Under the pieces are notes generated by a model, which had not been told where the DNA came from, ran no database searches, and saw only the letters and a list, made by a program, of their open reading frames with translations. A DNA stretch of 64,000 nucleotides, taken from an uncultured Holophagales bacterium (GTDB lineage Bacteria; Acidobacteriota; Thermoanaerobaculia; Multivoradales; UBA5704). Of the stretch, positions 54,196-64,000 are shown one piece after another (position 1 is the first letter of the stretch; each line of letters starts with the position of its first letter). The position numbers were made by a program, and so were the translations under genes. Location of the stretch: assembly GCA_963842525.1 (NCBI GenBank), contig CAWJGT010000008.1, forward strand, positions 1 to 64,000. The letters run 5' to 3'.

Positions 54196-54796
54196 GATCC
54201 ACATCGGGCCCCATACCCGGGACGAGCCCCGAAAGATCCCGCACGACACGACCGGGACGTTCGACCGCGAGATCGACCTGAAGGCGATCGCCTGGCTGGT
54301 CGGCGGCCTAGTCGCTATCGCCCTCGTGGTGCAGGTCCTGGTCCTGTGGACGATCCGCGGCTTCGAGCGCTTCGACGAGAAGAGGGACGTGCGCCCGTCC
54401 CCGATCGAGGCGGCCATCCCCCAGGGTCCGCCGCCGGGGCCGCCACTGCAGACCGACGACGAGAAGGACATGCGCGATCTGCGGGAGGAAGAGGACAGCG
54501 TCCTCGACAGCCCGGCCTGGGTCGACCCCGCGCAAGGACGGGTGCGGGTGCCGATCGACGTCGCCATGGAGGTGATCGCCAGCCGGGGCCTCGGGGCGGA
54601 GGTGGTGGGCGGGGCCCCTCACCCCCCTGGCCCCCCTCTCCCAACCGCCCTCCCATCCCCCGGGAGAGGGGGGAAGGAAGACACTTCCGAGAGGGATCGC
54701 GAGCGGTCTCTGCTCCCCTCTCCCGGGGGCCAGGGAGTGCGGTTGGGAGAGGGGCCGGGGGTGAGGGGGCCGGCGCCACAGGAGAGCCCGCTTTGA
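54188..54796 (+). CDS. Single-TM accessory protein (ActG-like) with an in-frame REP
   Basis: TM helix, P.P.LQ and WVD...VRVPIDVAM; position between actF and SCO. Confidence 0.7.
   Translation: MSEIHIGPHTRDEPRKIPHDTTGTFDREIDLKAIAWLVGGLVAIALVVQVLVLWTIRGFERFDEKRDVRPSPIEAAIPQGPPPGPPLQTDDEKDMRDLREEEDSVLDSPAWVDPAQGRVRVPIDVAMEVIASRGLGAEVVGGAPHPPGPPLPTALPSPGRGGKEDTSERDRERSLLPSPGGQGVRLGEGPGVRGPAPQESPL
54613..54771. repeat. Family A REP inverted pair inside CDS 54188..54796
   Basis: ggcccctcacccccctggcccccctctcccaaccgc ... gcggttgggagaggggccgggggtgagggggcc. Confidence 0.85.
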
Positions 54797-55653
54797 CCCG
54801 TCTCCTCTCGACCCTCACGCTCGCGGCCGCCCTGCTGGCCGCCTCTTCGGCCTTCGCCGGCGACCGGGTGTGGACCGGCCCCGGGCCGGGGCTCGGCCCC
54901 AACGCGGCGGCCATGGCAAAACCGTTGCAGCAGGTGCGTTTCGACCAGCGCCTCGGCGAGCCGGTGCCGCTCGACCTCGCGTTCCGCGACGCGTCCGGCC
55001 GCCCGGTCCGGCTCGGCGGCCTGTTCGGCAAGCGGCCGGTGGTCCTGGTCTTCTCCTATTACGAGTGCCCGATGCTCTGCCCCATGGTCCTGAACGGCCT
55101 GGCGACCAGCCTGAAGCCGCTGACGTTCGAGCCCGGCCGGGACTTCGAAGTGGTGGTGGTGAGCATCGATCCGGGGGAGACCCCGCAGCTCGCCGCGGAT
55201 GCCAAGCGCCGGACGCTCGAACGCTATGGCCGCCCGCAGAGCGCCGCCGGCTGGCACTTCCTGACCGGCGGCCAGGACGCCATCTCCGCACTGACCGACG
55301 CGGCCGGCTTCCGCTACGTCTATGACGCGGAGCGCGACGAGTATGCCCATGCCGCCGGCGTCGTCGTGGCCATGCCCGACGGCCGGATCTCGCGCTACCT
55401 GTTCGGCATCGATTACCCGCCGCGCGACATCCGCATGGCGGTGATGGAGTCGGCCGGCCGCCGCACCGGCTCGGCCATCGACAACGTCATCCTCTACTGT
55501 TTCCACTACGATCCCACGATCGGACGCTACAGCGCGGCGACGTTCAAGATCCTGCGGCTCGCGGCCGTTGCCACGGTCGCCGGGCTCGTGCTGATGATGG
55601 TCCTCCTGCGCCGGCGGGAGACCCGGGACAACGGTCCTCTGGGGGCAGCCTGA
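54793..55653 (+). CDS. SCO1/SenC copper chaperone
   Basis: YYECPMLC, GWHFLTG, HAAG and CFHYDP. Confidence 0.92.
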   Translation: MTRLLSTLTLAAALLAASSAFAGDRVWTGPGPGLGPNAAAMAKPLQQVRFDQRLGEPVPLDLAFRDASGRPVRLGGLFGKRPVVLVFSYYECPMLCPMVLNGLATSLKPLTFEPGRDFEVVVVSIDPGETPQLAADAKRRTLERYGRPQSAAGWHFLTGGQDAISALTDAAGFRYVYDAERDEYAHAAGVVVAMPDGRISRYLFGIDYPPRDIRMAVMESAGRRTGSAIDNVILYCFHYDPTIGRYSAATFKILRLAAVATVAGLVLMMVLLRRRETRDNGPLGAA

Positions 55654-55655
55654 CC

Positions 55656-56630
55656 ATGCAGAGCATGGCATCCGATCTACCGCTTTTTCCCGAATCGGCC
55701 TCCAGCGTCGCGCCGCAGATCGACGCCCTTTTCTTCGCCTGGTCGGCGGTGAGCATCTTTTTCTCGCTCCTGATCGCCGTCCTGATCATCTATTTCATGG
55801 CCAGATACCGCCGGCGCTCCCCCGACGAGGTGGGCCTGGCGGAGAGGGCGCCGTTCTGGCTGGAGATCGCCTGGTCGCTGATCCCGCTCGCCATCATGCT
55901 GGTCATGTTCTTCTGGGGCACGCGGGTGTTCATCAACATCTACCGTCCGCCGGCCGACGCAGTCCAGTACTACTCGATCGGCAAGCAGTGGATGTGGAAG
56001 TTCCAGCACCCGACGGGTCAGCGCGAGATCAATACGCTGCACATCCCGGTGGGGCAGCCGATCCAACTGCTCCTGCAGTCGGAGGACGTGATCCATAGCT
56101 TCTTCGTCCCTGCCTTCCGGGTGAAGCAGGACGCGGTCCCGGGCCGCTACACCTCCGTCTGGTTCGAGGCCACCAAGCCGGGTGTCTTTCATCTGTTCTG
56201 CGCCGAGTACTGCGGCGGCGAGCACTCCCGGATGATCGGCAGCGTCGTGGCGATGGAGCCGAGCCGGTACGAGGAGTGGCTGTCCGGCGGCCCCGCGGGC
56301 CGTTCGGTGGTGGCCTCGGGCGCCGATCTCTTCGAGCAGCTCGCCTGCCAGACCTGCCACAACCCGAGCCAGGCCGGCCTGGCGCGCGCGCCCACCCTCG
56401 AAGGGCTGTTCGGCAACCAGGTCAGGCTCCAGGACGGGCGCACCGTCGTCGCCGACGAGAACTACCTGCGCGAATCGATCCTCAACCCGATGGCCAAGGT
56501 GACGGCCGGCTGGCAGCCGATCATGCCGACCTACCAGGGGCAGGTGACCGAAGAGCAGCTCACGCAGCTCATCTCCTACATCCGCTCCCTTGAAGAATCC
56601 AGCGGGGCAGAGGTGACCGTCCGACCATGA
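55656..56630 (+). CDS. coxB: Cytochrome c oxidase subunit II with fused cytochrome c (caa3)
   Basis: [18 protein letters not shown] CuA motif and CQTCH. Confidence 0.96.
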   Translation: MQSMASDLPLFPESASSVAPQIDALFFAWSAVSIFFSLLIAVLIIYFMARYRRRSPDEVGLAERAPFWLEIAWSLIPLAIMLVMFFWGTRVFINIYRPPADAVQYYSIGKQWMWKFQHPTGQREINTLHIPVGQPIQLLLQSEDVIHSFFVPAFRVKQDAVPGRYTSVWFEATKPGVFHLFCAEYCGGEHSRMIGSVVAMEPSRYEEWLSGGPAGRSVVASGADLFEQLACQTCHNPSQAGLARAPTLEGLFGNQVRLQDGRTVVADENYLRESILNPMAKVTAGWQPIMPTYQGQVTEEQLTQLISYIRSLEESSGAEVTVRP

Positions 56631-58303
56631 GCACAGAACTTTCCTCCGCAACCGTCGCACCGGGCCCGGAGACCGGGTACGAACGGCCGAACTATCTGAA
56701 CGCCGCCTATGGCGTCCGTTCGTGGCTCCTGACCCGCGACCACAAGCGGATCGCCATCCTCTACCTCCTCTCGGTCACGGTCTTCTTCGCCCTGGGCAGC
56801 CTGTTCGCCCTGCTGCTCCGCCTCGAGCTGCTGACGCCGGAAGGCGACCTCATGCAGCCCGACATGTACAACCGGATGTTCACCATGCACGGCATCGTCA
56901 TGGTGTTCTTCTTCCTCATCCCCGCGATCCCGGCGGTGCTGGGCAACTTCCTGGTGCCGCTGATGATCGGCGCCAGGGACCTGGCCTTCCCCCGGCTCAA
57001 CCTGGCGAGCTGGTACGTCTACAACCTCGGCGGGATTTTCACTTTATGGGCGATCGCGCACGGCGGCGTCGACACCGGCTGGACCTTCTATACGCCGTTC
57101 AGCACCGCCTACTCGAACAGCTACGTCGTCACCGCGGCGCTCGGTATCTTCATCAATGGATTTTCGACCATCTTCACCGGGCTGAACTTCATCGTCACCA
57201 TCCACCGCATGCGGGCGCCCGGCATGACCTGGTTCCGGCTGCCGCTCTTCATCTGGTCGAGCTATGCGACGAGCGTGATCATCGTGCTCGGGACGCCGGT
57301 CATCGCCATCACCCTGCTGCTGGTGGCGGCCGAAAAGGTGCTCCACCTCGGCATCTTCGACCCCCGGCTGGGCGGCGACCCCATCCTCTTCCAGCACCTG
57401 TTCTGGTTCTACTCGCACCCGGCGGTCTACATCATGATCCTGCCGGCGATGGGAGTGATCAGCGAGCTGGTGGCCGCCTTCGCGCGCAAGCGGATCTTCG
57501 GCTACCGCTTCGTCGCCTTCGCCAGCATTGCCATCGCGGTGCTCGGCTTCCTGGTCTGGGGGCACCACATGTTCCTGACCGGCCAGTCGATCTACGCCAG
57601 CACGATCTTCTCGATCCTCTCGATGCTGGTGGCGGTCCCCTCGGCCATCAAGGTGTTCAACTGGACGGCGACGCTCTACGAGGGCTCGATCTCCTACCAG
57701 ACCCCGATGCTCTATGCCCTGGGCTTCATCGGCCTGTTCACCATCGGCGGCTTGACGGGGGTGATGATCGCCACGCTCGGCATCGACGTCCACGTGCACG
57801 ACACGTACTTCATCGTCGCCCACTTCCACTACATCATGGTGGGCGGCACGATCATGGGCTACATGGGAGGCCTCCATTACTGGTGGCCGAAGATCTCGGG
57901 CAAGCTCTATCCGGCGTTCCTGTCGCGGCTGGCGGCCCTGCTGGTCTTCGTCGGGTTCAACCTGACCTTCCTGCCGCAGTTCGTGCTCGGCTACCTCGGC
58001 ATGCCGCGCCGCTACTGGTCCTACCCGCCCGAGTTCCAGGTGCTGAACGTCCTGTCGACCGCGGGGGCCTCGATCCTCGGCGTCGGCTACATCCTGCCGC
58101 TCTTCTACTTCGCCTGGTCGATGCGCTACGGCGCGAAGAGCGGCGACAACCCGTGGGGCGCCCTCGGCCTCGAATGGGACACGCCGTCGCCGCCGCCGAC
58201 CGAGAACTTCTACACCCCTCCGGTCGTCACCCACGGACCGTACGAGTACAACCCGCAAGAGGTGCACGACCGCACCTCGCATCCGGAGGCACGCGTTGGC
58301 TAG
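56627..58303 (+). CDS. coxA: Cytochrome c oxidase subunit I, A2 type
   Basis: [22 protein letters not shown] and HFHY. Confidence 0.97.
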   Translation: MSTELSSATVAPGPETGYERPNYLNAAYGVRSWLLTRDHKRIAILYLLSVTVFFALGSLFALLLRLELLTPEGDLMQPDMYNRMFTMHGIVMVFFFLIPAIPAVLGNFLVPLMIGARDLAFPRLNLASWYVYNLGGIFTLWAIAHGGVDTGWTFYTPFSTAYSNSYVVTAALGIFINGFSTIFTGLNFIVTIHRMRAPGMTWFRLPLFIWSSYATSVIIVLGTPVIAITLLLVAAEKVLHLGIFDPRLGGDPILFQHLFWFYSHPAVYIMILPAMGVISELVAAFARKRIFGYRFVAFASIAIAVLGFLVWGHHMFLTGQSIYASTIFSILSMLVAVPSAIKVFNWTATLYEGSISYQTPMLYALGFIGLFTIGGLTGVMIATLGIDVHVHDTYFIVAHFHYIMVGGTIMGYMGGLHYWWPKISGKLYPAFLSRLAALLVFVGFNLTFLPQFVLGYLGMPRRYWSYPPEFQVLNVLSTAGASILGVGYILPLFYFAWSMRYGAKSGDNPWGALGLEWDTPSPPPTENFYTPPVVTHGPYEYNPQEVHDRTSHPEARVG

Positions 58304-59084
58304 CACGACCATGGAACCGCACGCGCACGAAGCGCATCATCACCCGGCGCACCCGGCGCTGCAGCACCAGTTCGACGACCTCGCGCAGCAGAAGGAGTCC
58401 TCGACGCTGGGGATGTGGCTGTTCCTGGTCACCGAGATCATGTTCTTCGGCGGCCTGTTCCTCGCCTACGTGGTCTACCGGCGGGCCTACTCCGAGGCCT
58501 TCCTGCTCGGCAGCAACACGCTGGACGTCCTGCTCGGCGGCATCAACACCGCCGTCCTGATCTGCAGCAGCTTGACGATGGCCCTCGCCATCTGGGCCGC
58601 GCAGGTGAACCGGCGCAAGTGGATCGTGCTCTTCCTGATCGCCACGATCGTCCTGGGTGCAGTCTTTCTCGGCATCAAAACGGTCGAATACAAGGACAAG
58701 TTCACGCACCACCACGTCCCGGGGCCGAATTTCCACTTCGTGCCGGAGCACGGCGGCGAGCATGCCGCGGAGAGCCCCTTCCCCGGTACGGGGGAGAGGG
58801 CCGGGGAGAGGGGGCACGGGATCAACCCGGCCGAAGACCCCCAGCTCGAGCGGCACGCCTCGCTCTTCTTCTCCCTCTACTTCGTCATGACCGGCCTGCA
58901 CGCCACCCACATGATCATCGGCATGATCATCCTCGGAGTGCTGGCCGTCTACGCCTGGAAGGGAAAATACGACAGCACGTACTACAACCCGCTGGAGATG
59001 ACCGGCCTCTACTGGCACTTCGTCGACATCGTCTGGATCTTCCTCTTCCCGCTCCTCTACCTGCTCGGGGCCCACGCGGCCTGA
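58296..59084 (+). CDS. coxC: Cytochrome c oxidase subunit III
   Basis: [26 protein letters not shown] and YWHFVDIVW. Confidence 0.96.
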   Translation: MASTTMEPHAHEAHHHPAHPALQHQFDDLAQQKESSTLGMWLFLVTEIMFFGGLFLAYVVYRRAYSEAFLLGSNTLDVLLGGINTAVLICSSLTMALAIWAAQVNRRKWIVLFLIATIVLGAVFLGIKTVEYKDKFTHHHVPGPNFHFVPEHGGEHAAESPFPGTGERAGERGHGINPAEDPQLERHASLFFSLYFVMTGLHATHMIIGMIILGVLAVYAWKGKYDSTYYNPLEMTGLYWHFVDIVWIFLFPLLYLLGAHAA

Positions 59085-59101
59085 GCGCGGAGAACCGAGG
59101 C

Positions 59102-59413
59102 ATGCCCGAGCACCACGAGCACGTTTCCTCCCCCTGGATGTACTTCGGGGTCTTCGCCGCCCTGATGGTCCTCACCGGCATCACCTGGGCCGTCGCCCAG
59201 GTCGACCTCGGCTGGGCCAACGACGTCGTGGCCCTGACGATCGCCGTCACCAAGGCGCTCCTCGTCATCCTCTTCTTCATGCACGTCCGCCACAGCACGC
59301 GCCTGACGAAGCTGACGGCTCTGACCGGGTTCTTCTTCCTGGCGATCCTGATCTTCATGACCCTGAACGACTACGTCACCCGCGGTGCCCTGCTGACGGT
59401 GCCGGGGAAGTAG
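59102..59413 (+). CDS. coxD: Cytochrome c oxidase subunit IV
   Basis: Three TM helices; LMVLT and KALLVILFFMHV. Confidence 0.9.
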   Translation: MPEHHEHVSSPWMYFGVFAALMVLTGITWAVAQVDLGWANDVVALTIAVTKALLVILFFMHVRHSTRLTKLTALTGFFFLAILIFMTLNDYVTRGALLTVPGK

Positions 59414-59532
59414 AAGAGGCAAGATCCCGCTCGCCCGTTGAGGAAAGGGGGTTCCAATGCGACGTCAAGATGGTAGACTACAGACTCAGCCAAAGGTAGG
59501 ATCTGGCCGCGAGGTTAGGGCTCGCTGACGAA

Positions 59533-61326
59533 ATGGAACGAGACGATACAGGCGCTCACCGCTCCCCTCTCGTCTTTATCAGCTATTTCCAGAAACCGCC
59601 GCAGCACAAGAAGAGAGTTCAGGCCTTCGCAGTGCGCCTTGCGAAGGAAGGGCTCGAGGTCGTCATCGACAGTGATCAGGAACCCGAGGAGGGTTGGGCT
59701 GCCTGGTCCGGGCGACAGATCGAGACGGCTGATTATGTTCTGATCATCTTCAGCCCTGGATATGCGAGCGAGGGCAGCGGCGCGTCGAGCCCTGAAGGAC
59801 GCGGCAGCGCATGGGAGCTCCATCTGGTTCAGCAAGACCTCTTTGAATCGAGAGCCAAGAATCACCGCTTCATTCCCGTCCTGTTCTCTGCTGAGCACAC
59901 CGGGCTCATTCCTCGATTCCTCAGGGGCGCCTCCTACTACGATGTCAGTACCGAAGACGCCTATCAAGGCCTTCTGAAGAGGTTGCGCCGGCCCCGCGCG
60001 AAGAGTGCAACTCCGCCCGCGCCACTGGTATCTGCCATGCAGGCGGTCCGCGCCGCCACCTGGACACGCATTGGGCCGATTCCCGAGCCCGCCGATGTGT
60101 ACAAGTACGACCCGTCGGATCGACATTCAATCTTCCTGCGCAACCTTCTACGGAATCCACCTCTAGAAGAGGTGTTGACTCATCACCGCGAGGACCCGCT
60201 GAGGATTCTCAGCATATGGGGTGCCAAGCACGACAAGGACCGGATCGACTACCACCTTGGTCACCTCTACGTCCTCCAGAAGTTGCGAGATTTTGTTGGC
60301 GAACCTTCGGTCCGGACCGAGCTCTTCCTCGGCATTAATCCGATGGCGAGCTTTACCAACCCTGAACGGGCTCGCCGTCAGGCAGAATATCTTGAATGCA
60401 CCGAAAAGCTGGTACGTTCCGTCCTTGGAGATCAAATCCGGATCGACAACTGCCTGAAGAGTGCCGATCTCCCCGAGGTCCGCGACATTTGTGAGCAGGC
60501 TAAGCGGACGTATTCCGAGGTCATCGAAAAGCTGGTCTCCATCTTCGACGTTGACCGGGTGAGCCAGATCCGCACGAGCCTGCCGGCAGCAGATCAGGAA
60601 GCCATTCTCAGCGAATTGGAAGCCGCCTTCGAGCTTCCCCGGGAGCAGGCCGAACAACTGTTTGAAGATTTGAAGGCATTCTTTGGCACGAAGAAGCCCT
60701 GGCTCCATGCCGAATTCGAAAGAGAGCACCGCCGCCAGCTCTTTGTCTACACCCATGCAATCGCGAAGCCGCACTGTATCCTGGTGAGCACGCGTCACCT
60801 TGCCCAATGGCGATGGTACCAGGCCGTCCTCTGGCTGGGCAAGATGAACCCAGTCCCCGAGTTGATCCTCCTCGACGCGTTCCGAGACCCGAACGATGAC
60901 GAGCCCATGAGATCGGGCGCCGGCCTGCCGATCTTCCTTATGGATCTCCCGAGCGAGACTCGTGCGAAGCTCGAGTACGCCAGCACGAGTTTCGAGTATT
61001 TCCTGCCGCAGTGCTTCGACTATCTCATCTTTCCCCAGCAGGAGGAGGTCGAGGTCGTTGCTTCCGGGACGGACCGGCGGACGGTTTTTCTCAAGGCACC
61101 GTGGAACTTGTCCCGCTACCGCGAGCAGCGCCTCGGCTCCCGCGAGATCCTAGCCGCCTGCCAGCAGCAACTCCTGCGCCTGTTCGAAAGGCATCGGCAG
61201 GTCGTCTCCAAAGCGCGGCAGTCCTTCTATGAGTCTCATACAGGTTGGATCAGCCTCACGAACGCACAGTGTCTGGCCCAGGCGGCGAGCTGGTGCGGTG
61301 TCACATTGGAGGAGCAGAGCTTCTGA
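59533..61326 (+). CDS. SEFIR/TIR domain fused to a class I aaRS-like (TyrRS/TrpRS-type) HIGH domain
   Basis: VFISY..VVID..GWAAW..IETADYVLII..GRGSAWE..FIPVLF; then PLRILSIWG..HLGHLYVLQKLRDF, EPMRSG..PIFLMD and FDYLIFP. Confidence 0.75.
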   Translation: MERDDTGAHRSPLVFISYFQKPPQHKKRVQAFAVRLAKEGLEVVIDSDQEPEEGWAAWSGRQIETADYVLIIFSPGYASEGSGASSPEGRGSAWELHLVQQDLFESRAKNHRFIPVLFSAEHTGLIPRFLRGASYYDVSTEDAYQGLLKRLRRPRAKSATPPAPLVSAMQAVRAATWTRIGPIPEPADVYKYDPSDRHSIFLRNLLRNPPLEEVLTHHREDPLRILSIWGAKHDKDRIDYHLGHLYVLQKLRDFVGEPSVRTELFLGINPMASFTNPERARRQAEYLECTEKLVRSVLGDQIRIDNCLKSADLPEVRDICEQAKRTYSEVIEKLVSIFDVDRVSQIRTSLPAADQEAILSELEAAFELPREQAEQLFEDLKAFFGTKKPWLHAEFEREHRRQLFVYTHAIAKPHCILVSTRHLAQWRWYQAVLWLGKMNPVPELILLDAFRDPNDDEPMRSGAGLPIFLMDLPSETRAKLEYASTSFEYFLPQCFDYLIFPQQEEVEVVASGTDRRTVFLKAPWNLSRYREQRLGSREILAACQQQLLRLFERHRQVVSKARQSFYESHTGWISLTNAQCLAQAASWCGVTLEEQSF

Positions 61327-61327
61327 T

Positions 61328-62569
61328 ATGGCTCAGGTCCTCGACGAGCAGCCGGAGGCATTCAGCGATCTCTATTGGCAGGTGATCGATTCTGTCTGCG
61401 CATTCCTGACCACGAAAGCTGCAGGCAACAAAGGCAGCCCGAAGATTCTTGGGCGGCTCTTGGAGCTCGTCCAGCGCATGAAGGATCTCGACGTCTACCA
61501 TTGGCTGACGGAGAAAGCCTACCGGGACGAGTACAGCCACGTTATCAACGTCGGCGTCTGCGGACAGATCCTGCTCGGAAACGTACAGGCCGAGGGCCAG
61601 ACTCTGGGCGCACTGATCCGCAAGCTCCTGGGCTGGAACGAGCAGACATCCGATTCGCTGATAGAGGCCACTTGGTGGCTGACGGCTTTACTCCACGATC
61701 ATGCCTACCCCATCTCACACTTCCTGCGGCACTTCGGCCCGCGTACCTATGTGGAGCGCTCGCGGTCAGGAGGGCCGCGGGAGAATCTTCCGGAATCGTG
61801 GCTCCGCTTTTCCTCGTCGCTCGCCGACCTGGTGCAACGGCTAGCTGGAGGACGCTTGCGCACACTTCTCCAAGACCTCCAAGGAGGAGAGCGCTTTCCC
61901 GATTTGGCTAGCTATAGAAGAAAGATTCAGGCCGAGTTGACGAGCATCATCCGCAGGCACAATCTGCTCGGGGATTCCGGGCCCCACACGTCGGACCTCA
62001 CCTGGGAGACCACTGTCGACCATGGCATCCTGGCAGCGCTCAATCTCTACGAATTCGCCGACGCCGAGAGTCTTTTGCATTCCAGAGACAGGAGCGCGTG
62101 GCAGCCGATTGACTACGTGGCCGACGCGATCGCTGTTCACAACCATCCCGGCCTCCGCCCCATGCTCAAGTTCGAGGAGAATCCATTCGCCTATGTACTG
62201 GCCCTCGCCGACGAGATCCAGGAATGGGGTAGGAGCGCACTCAGCGAAGACTATCTCCATCCGATCGCCAAGGTCGACATCGGACCCTTCTTCGAGGAGC
62301 AGGGCAAAATGACCTCGCTTCCGGACCGGCGCTTGAAGGTCCGCTTTTTTGTGGCCGACGCTTTTCGCCGGCAGGAGCTGCGGTGGAGCCTGGAGCGTTT
62401 CGAGAGAAGCAAAAACGATACCTTCAAACGGCTGGCGCTCCCGGTAATCGATCCAACAGGATCAGATCCAGAGTTGGGTGCACGAGAGTTGCTGCGAGCC
62501 ATCGACTATGAGCTGCGCATGGAAGGGATGAAGTTCCACGGAGATCCTCCAAAACGTGAACGCATCTGA
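61328..62569 (+). CDS. HD-domain phosphohydrolase
   Basis: YRDEYSHVINV, ALLHDHAYP, DHGILAA, AIAVHN and LADEIQEWGR; starts 1 bp after the upstream stop. Confidence 0.8.
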   Translation: MAQVLDEQPEAFSDLYWQVIDSVCAFLTTKAAGNKGSPKILGRLLELVQRMKDLDVYHWLTEKAYRDEYSHVINVGVCGQILLGNVQAEGQTLGALIRKLLGWNEQTSDSLIEATWWLTALLHDHAYPISHFLRHFGPRTYVERSRSGGPRENLPESWLRFSSSLADLVQRLAGGRLRTLLQDLQGGERFPDLASYRRKIQAELTSIIRRHNLLGDSGPHTSDLTWETTVDHGILAALNLYEFADAESLLHSRDRSAWQPIDYVADAIAVHNHPGLRPMLKFEENPFAYVLALADEIQEWGRSALSEDYLHPIAKVDIGPFFEEQGKMTSLPDRRLKVRFFVADAFRRQELRWSLERFERSKNDTFKRLALPVIDPTGSDPELGARELLRAIDYELRMEGMKFHGDPPKRERI

Positions 62570-62582
62570 CTCGGGAGGACAT

Positions 62583-63446
62583 ATGATCGAACGCATCCGC
62601 ACGTATTCGGCCATTGACACACCCCAGGACATGGCAGCGGCCGCCAAGGTCCTCGAACAGCGCTTTGACATTGAATTTACAGTTCTCTTGCACTTCAAGC
62701 AAGGCTTGCTTCATAGCCTCCAGAGTGCGAACGGCTCTCCGGAAGACCTTCCTGAGGGGGCCTTTGTAGCCTCCCGTTCGGATCCGGGTGTGCTCGAGCT
62801 GTTTGGCGAGTTGACCTGGATCGCCAACTCGGGCACCCTGACGGTGGAGAAACGGCGGCGCTACCTCGCGGCCCTCCAAGCGATCTATCGGCGGCTTCCC
62901 GGCTCACCGCTGGACTGGATGAGCGATCCCGGTGCCCTTTTCGTCGCTCCTGAGCGCGAGGGCCGAATCCTAGCCGAGACCCTGGGCTGGCTTCCTTCCG
63001 GCCGGTCGCTCCGGCCACATGTCAAGAGGATCCACTATGGCGATGACCTGGTCGTAGGACTGGGCGACTTCGTGCCCAGCCGGCGAGCTTCCAGGTGCAT
63101 CCTGATTGACGGGGCAATCGCCAGCGGCGCCACCCTGATCTCCCTGATCGAACGGCTTCGGGCTTTCACCGAGTATTTCTCGATCTATTCAGTGCACGCG
63201 ACATGCGAGGGACTGCGTTGCATCCTGGCCTACGGCCGGGAGGCAGGCGTTAAGATCTCCATCACCGTCGGCCATGCGACGCCGGGTATCAATCGGCATT
63301 TCTACGCAGTCGGCTCCGATGGACGTGTCATGGTGGGCGACCTGGGTGATACAATTGCACCGCTCCTAGACGCGATGTTTGAGCCAGCCCATTCGGACCG
63401 GAAGGATGACACGGGCCTTGATCTGCAAGTTCCGTTCCTGAGCTGA
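62583..63446 (+). CDS. Type I phosphoribosyltransferase, divergent UPRT-like
   Basis: RBS GGAGGA; ILIDGAIASGAT PRPP loop, ATCEGL, GINRHFY and VGDLGD. Confidence 0.8.
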   Translation: MIERIRTYSAIDTPQDMAAAAKVLEQRFDIEFTVLLHFKQGLLHSLQSANGSPEDLPEGAFVASRSDPGVLELFGELTWIANSGTLTVEKRRRYLAALQAIYRRLPGSPLDWMSDPGALFVAPEREGRILAETLGWLPSGRSLRPHVKRIHYGDDLVVGLGDFVPSRRASRCILIDGAIASGATLISLIERLRAFTEYFSIYSVHATCEGLRCILAYGREAGVKISITVGHATPGINRHFYAVGSDGRVMVGDLGDTIAPLLDAMFEPAHSDRKDDTGLDLQVPFLS

Positions 63447-63473
63447 CCTACCTGCGCGCGTTAGGTGAACTCA

Positions 63474-64000
63474 TGGGGCGCCCTCGGGCTCGAAAGGGCA
63501 TCCCTTCGCTGCCACGTCCCGGGGCCGAATTTCCACTTCGTGCCGGAGCACGGCGGCGAGCATGGCGAAGAGACCTCCCTTTCCCCCGGTACGGGGAGAG
63601 GGCCGGGGAGAGGGGGCACGGGGTCAACCCAGCCAAAGACCCCCAGCTCGAGCGGCACGCCTCGCTCTTTTTCTCACTCTACTTCGTCATGACGGGCCTG
63701 CACGCCACCCACATGATCATTGGCATGATCATCCTCGGAGTGCTGGCCTGGTACGCCTGGAAGGGGAAATACGACAGCACGTATTACAACCCGCTGGAGA
63801 TGACCGGCCTCTACTGGCATTTCGTCGCCGCCCTGATGGTCCTCACCGTCATCACCTGGGCCGTTCGCCCAGGTCGACCTCGGCTGGGCCAACGACGTCG
63901 TCGCCCTGACGATCGCCGTCACCAAGGCGCTCCTCGTCATCCTCTTCTTCATGCACGTCCGCCACAGCACGCGCCTGACGAAGCTGACCGCTCTGACCGG
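63474..64000 (+). pseudogene. Decayed patchwork copy of the coxA 3' end, coxC and coxD (continues beyond the window)
   Basis: Matches about 58154-58195, then about 58710-59025, then about 59156-59328, with substitutions and indels. Confidence 0.9.

Noticed and set aside
46351-59413. ACIII plus caa3 supercluster as a novelty
   Set aside because: A well-described arrangement in several phyla; only the repeats and operator are unusual.

Overview
High-GC bacterial chromosome segment; gene content and repeat style suggest Acidobacteriota, possibly Thermoanaerobaculia (inference). Most of the window is housekeeping: nfo, rpe, bamD, cpoB, tatA, rlmN, gatB, ftsEX, ruvC, yebC, accD, folC, and a complete alternative complex III plus caa3 oxidase operon at 46.3-59.4 kb. 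Accessory content: (1) at 0-1.9 kb, an XRE-TPR regulator pair flanking a small secreted C-S-I-D-P-N-G-L-C peptide gene; (2) at 33.6 kb, a selenoprotein (CxxU plus SECIS-like hairpin) missing from the ORF track; (3) at 38.4-46.2 kb, a hotspot with a decayed toxin-antitoxin pair, a TIR-pentapeptide-WD40 gene split by a complete 3,375-bp four-gene TGT..ACA transposon, and an ORF-less group II intron whose putative EBS1/EBS2 match the REP-like repeat it interrupts; (4) REP-like palindromes translated in frame inside three respiratory genes, plus two unrelated arrays of 21-bp palindromic units; (5) at 59.5-63.4 kb, the best candidate for a new system: a three-gene operon (SEFIR/TIR fused to a TyrRS/TrpRS-like HIGH domain, an HD phosphohydrolase, a UPRT-like phosphoribosyltransferase) followed by a decayed copy of the cox operon 3' end. 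All family calls come from motif recognition by eye; no database searches were run.
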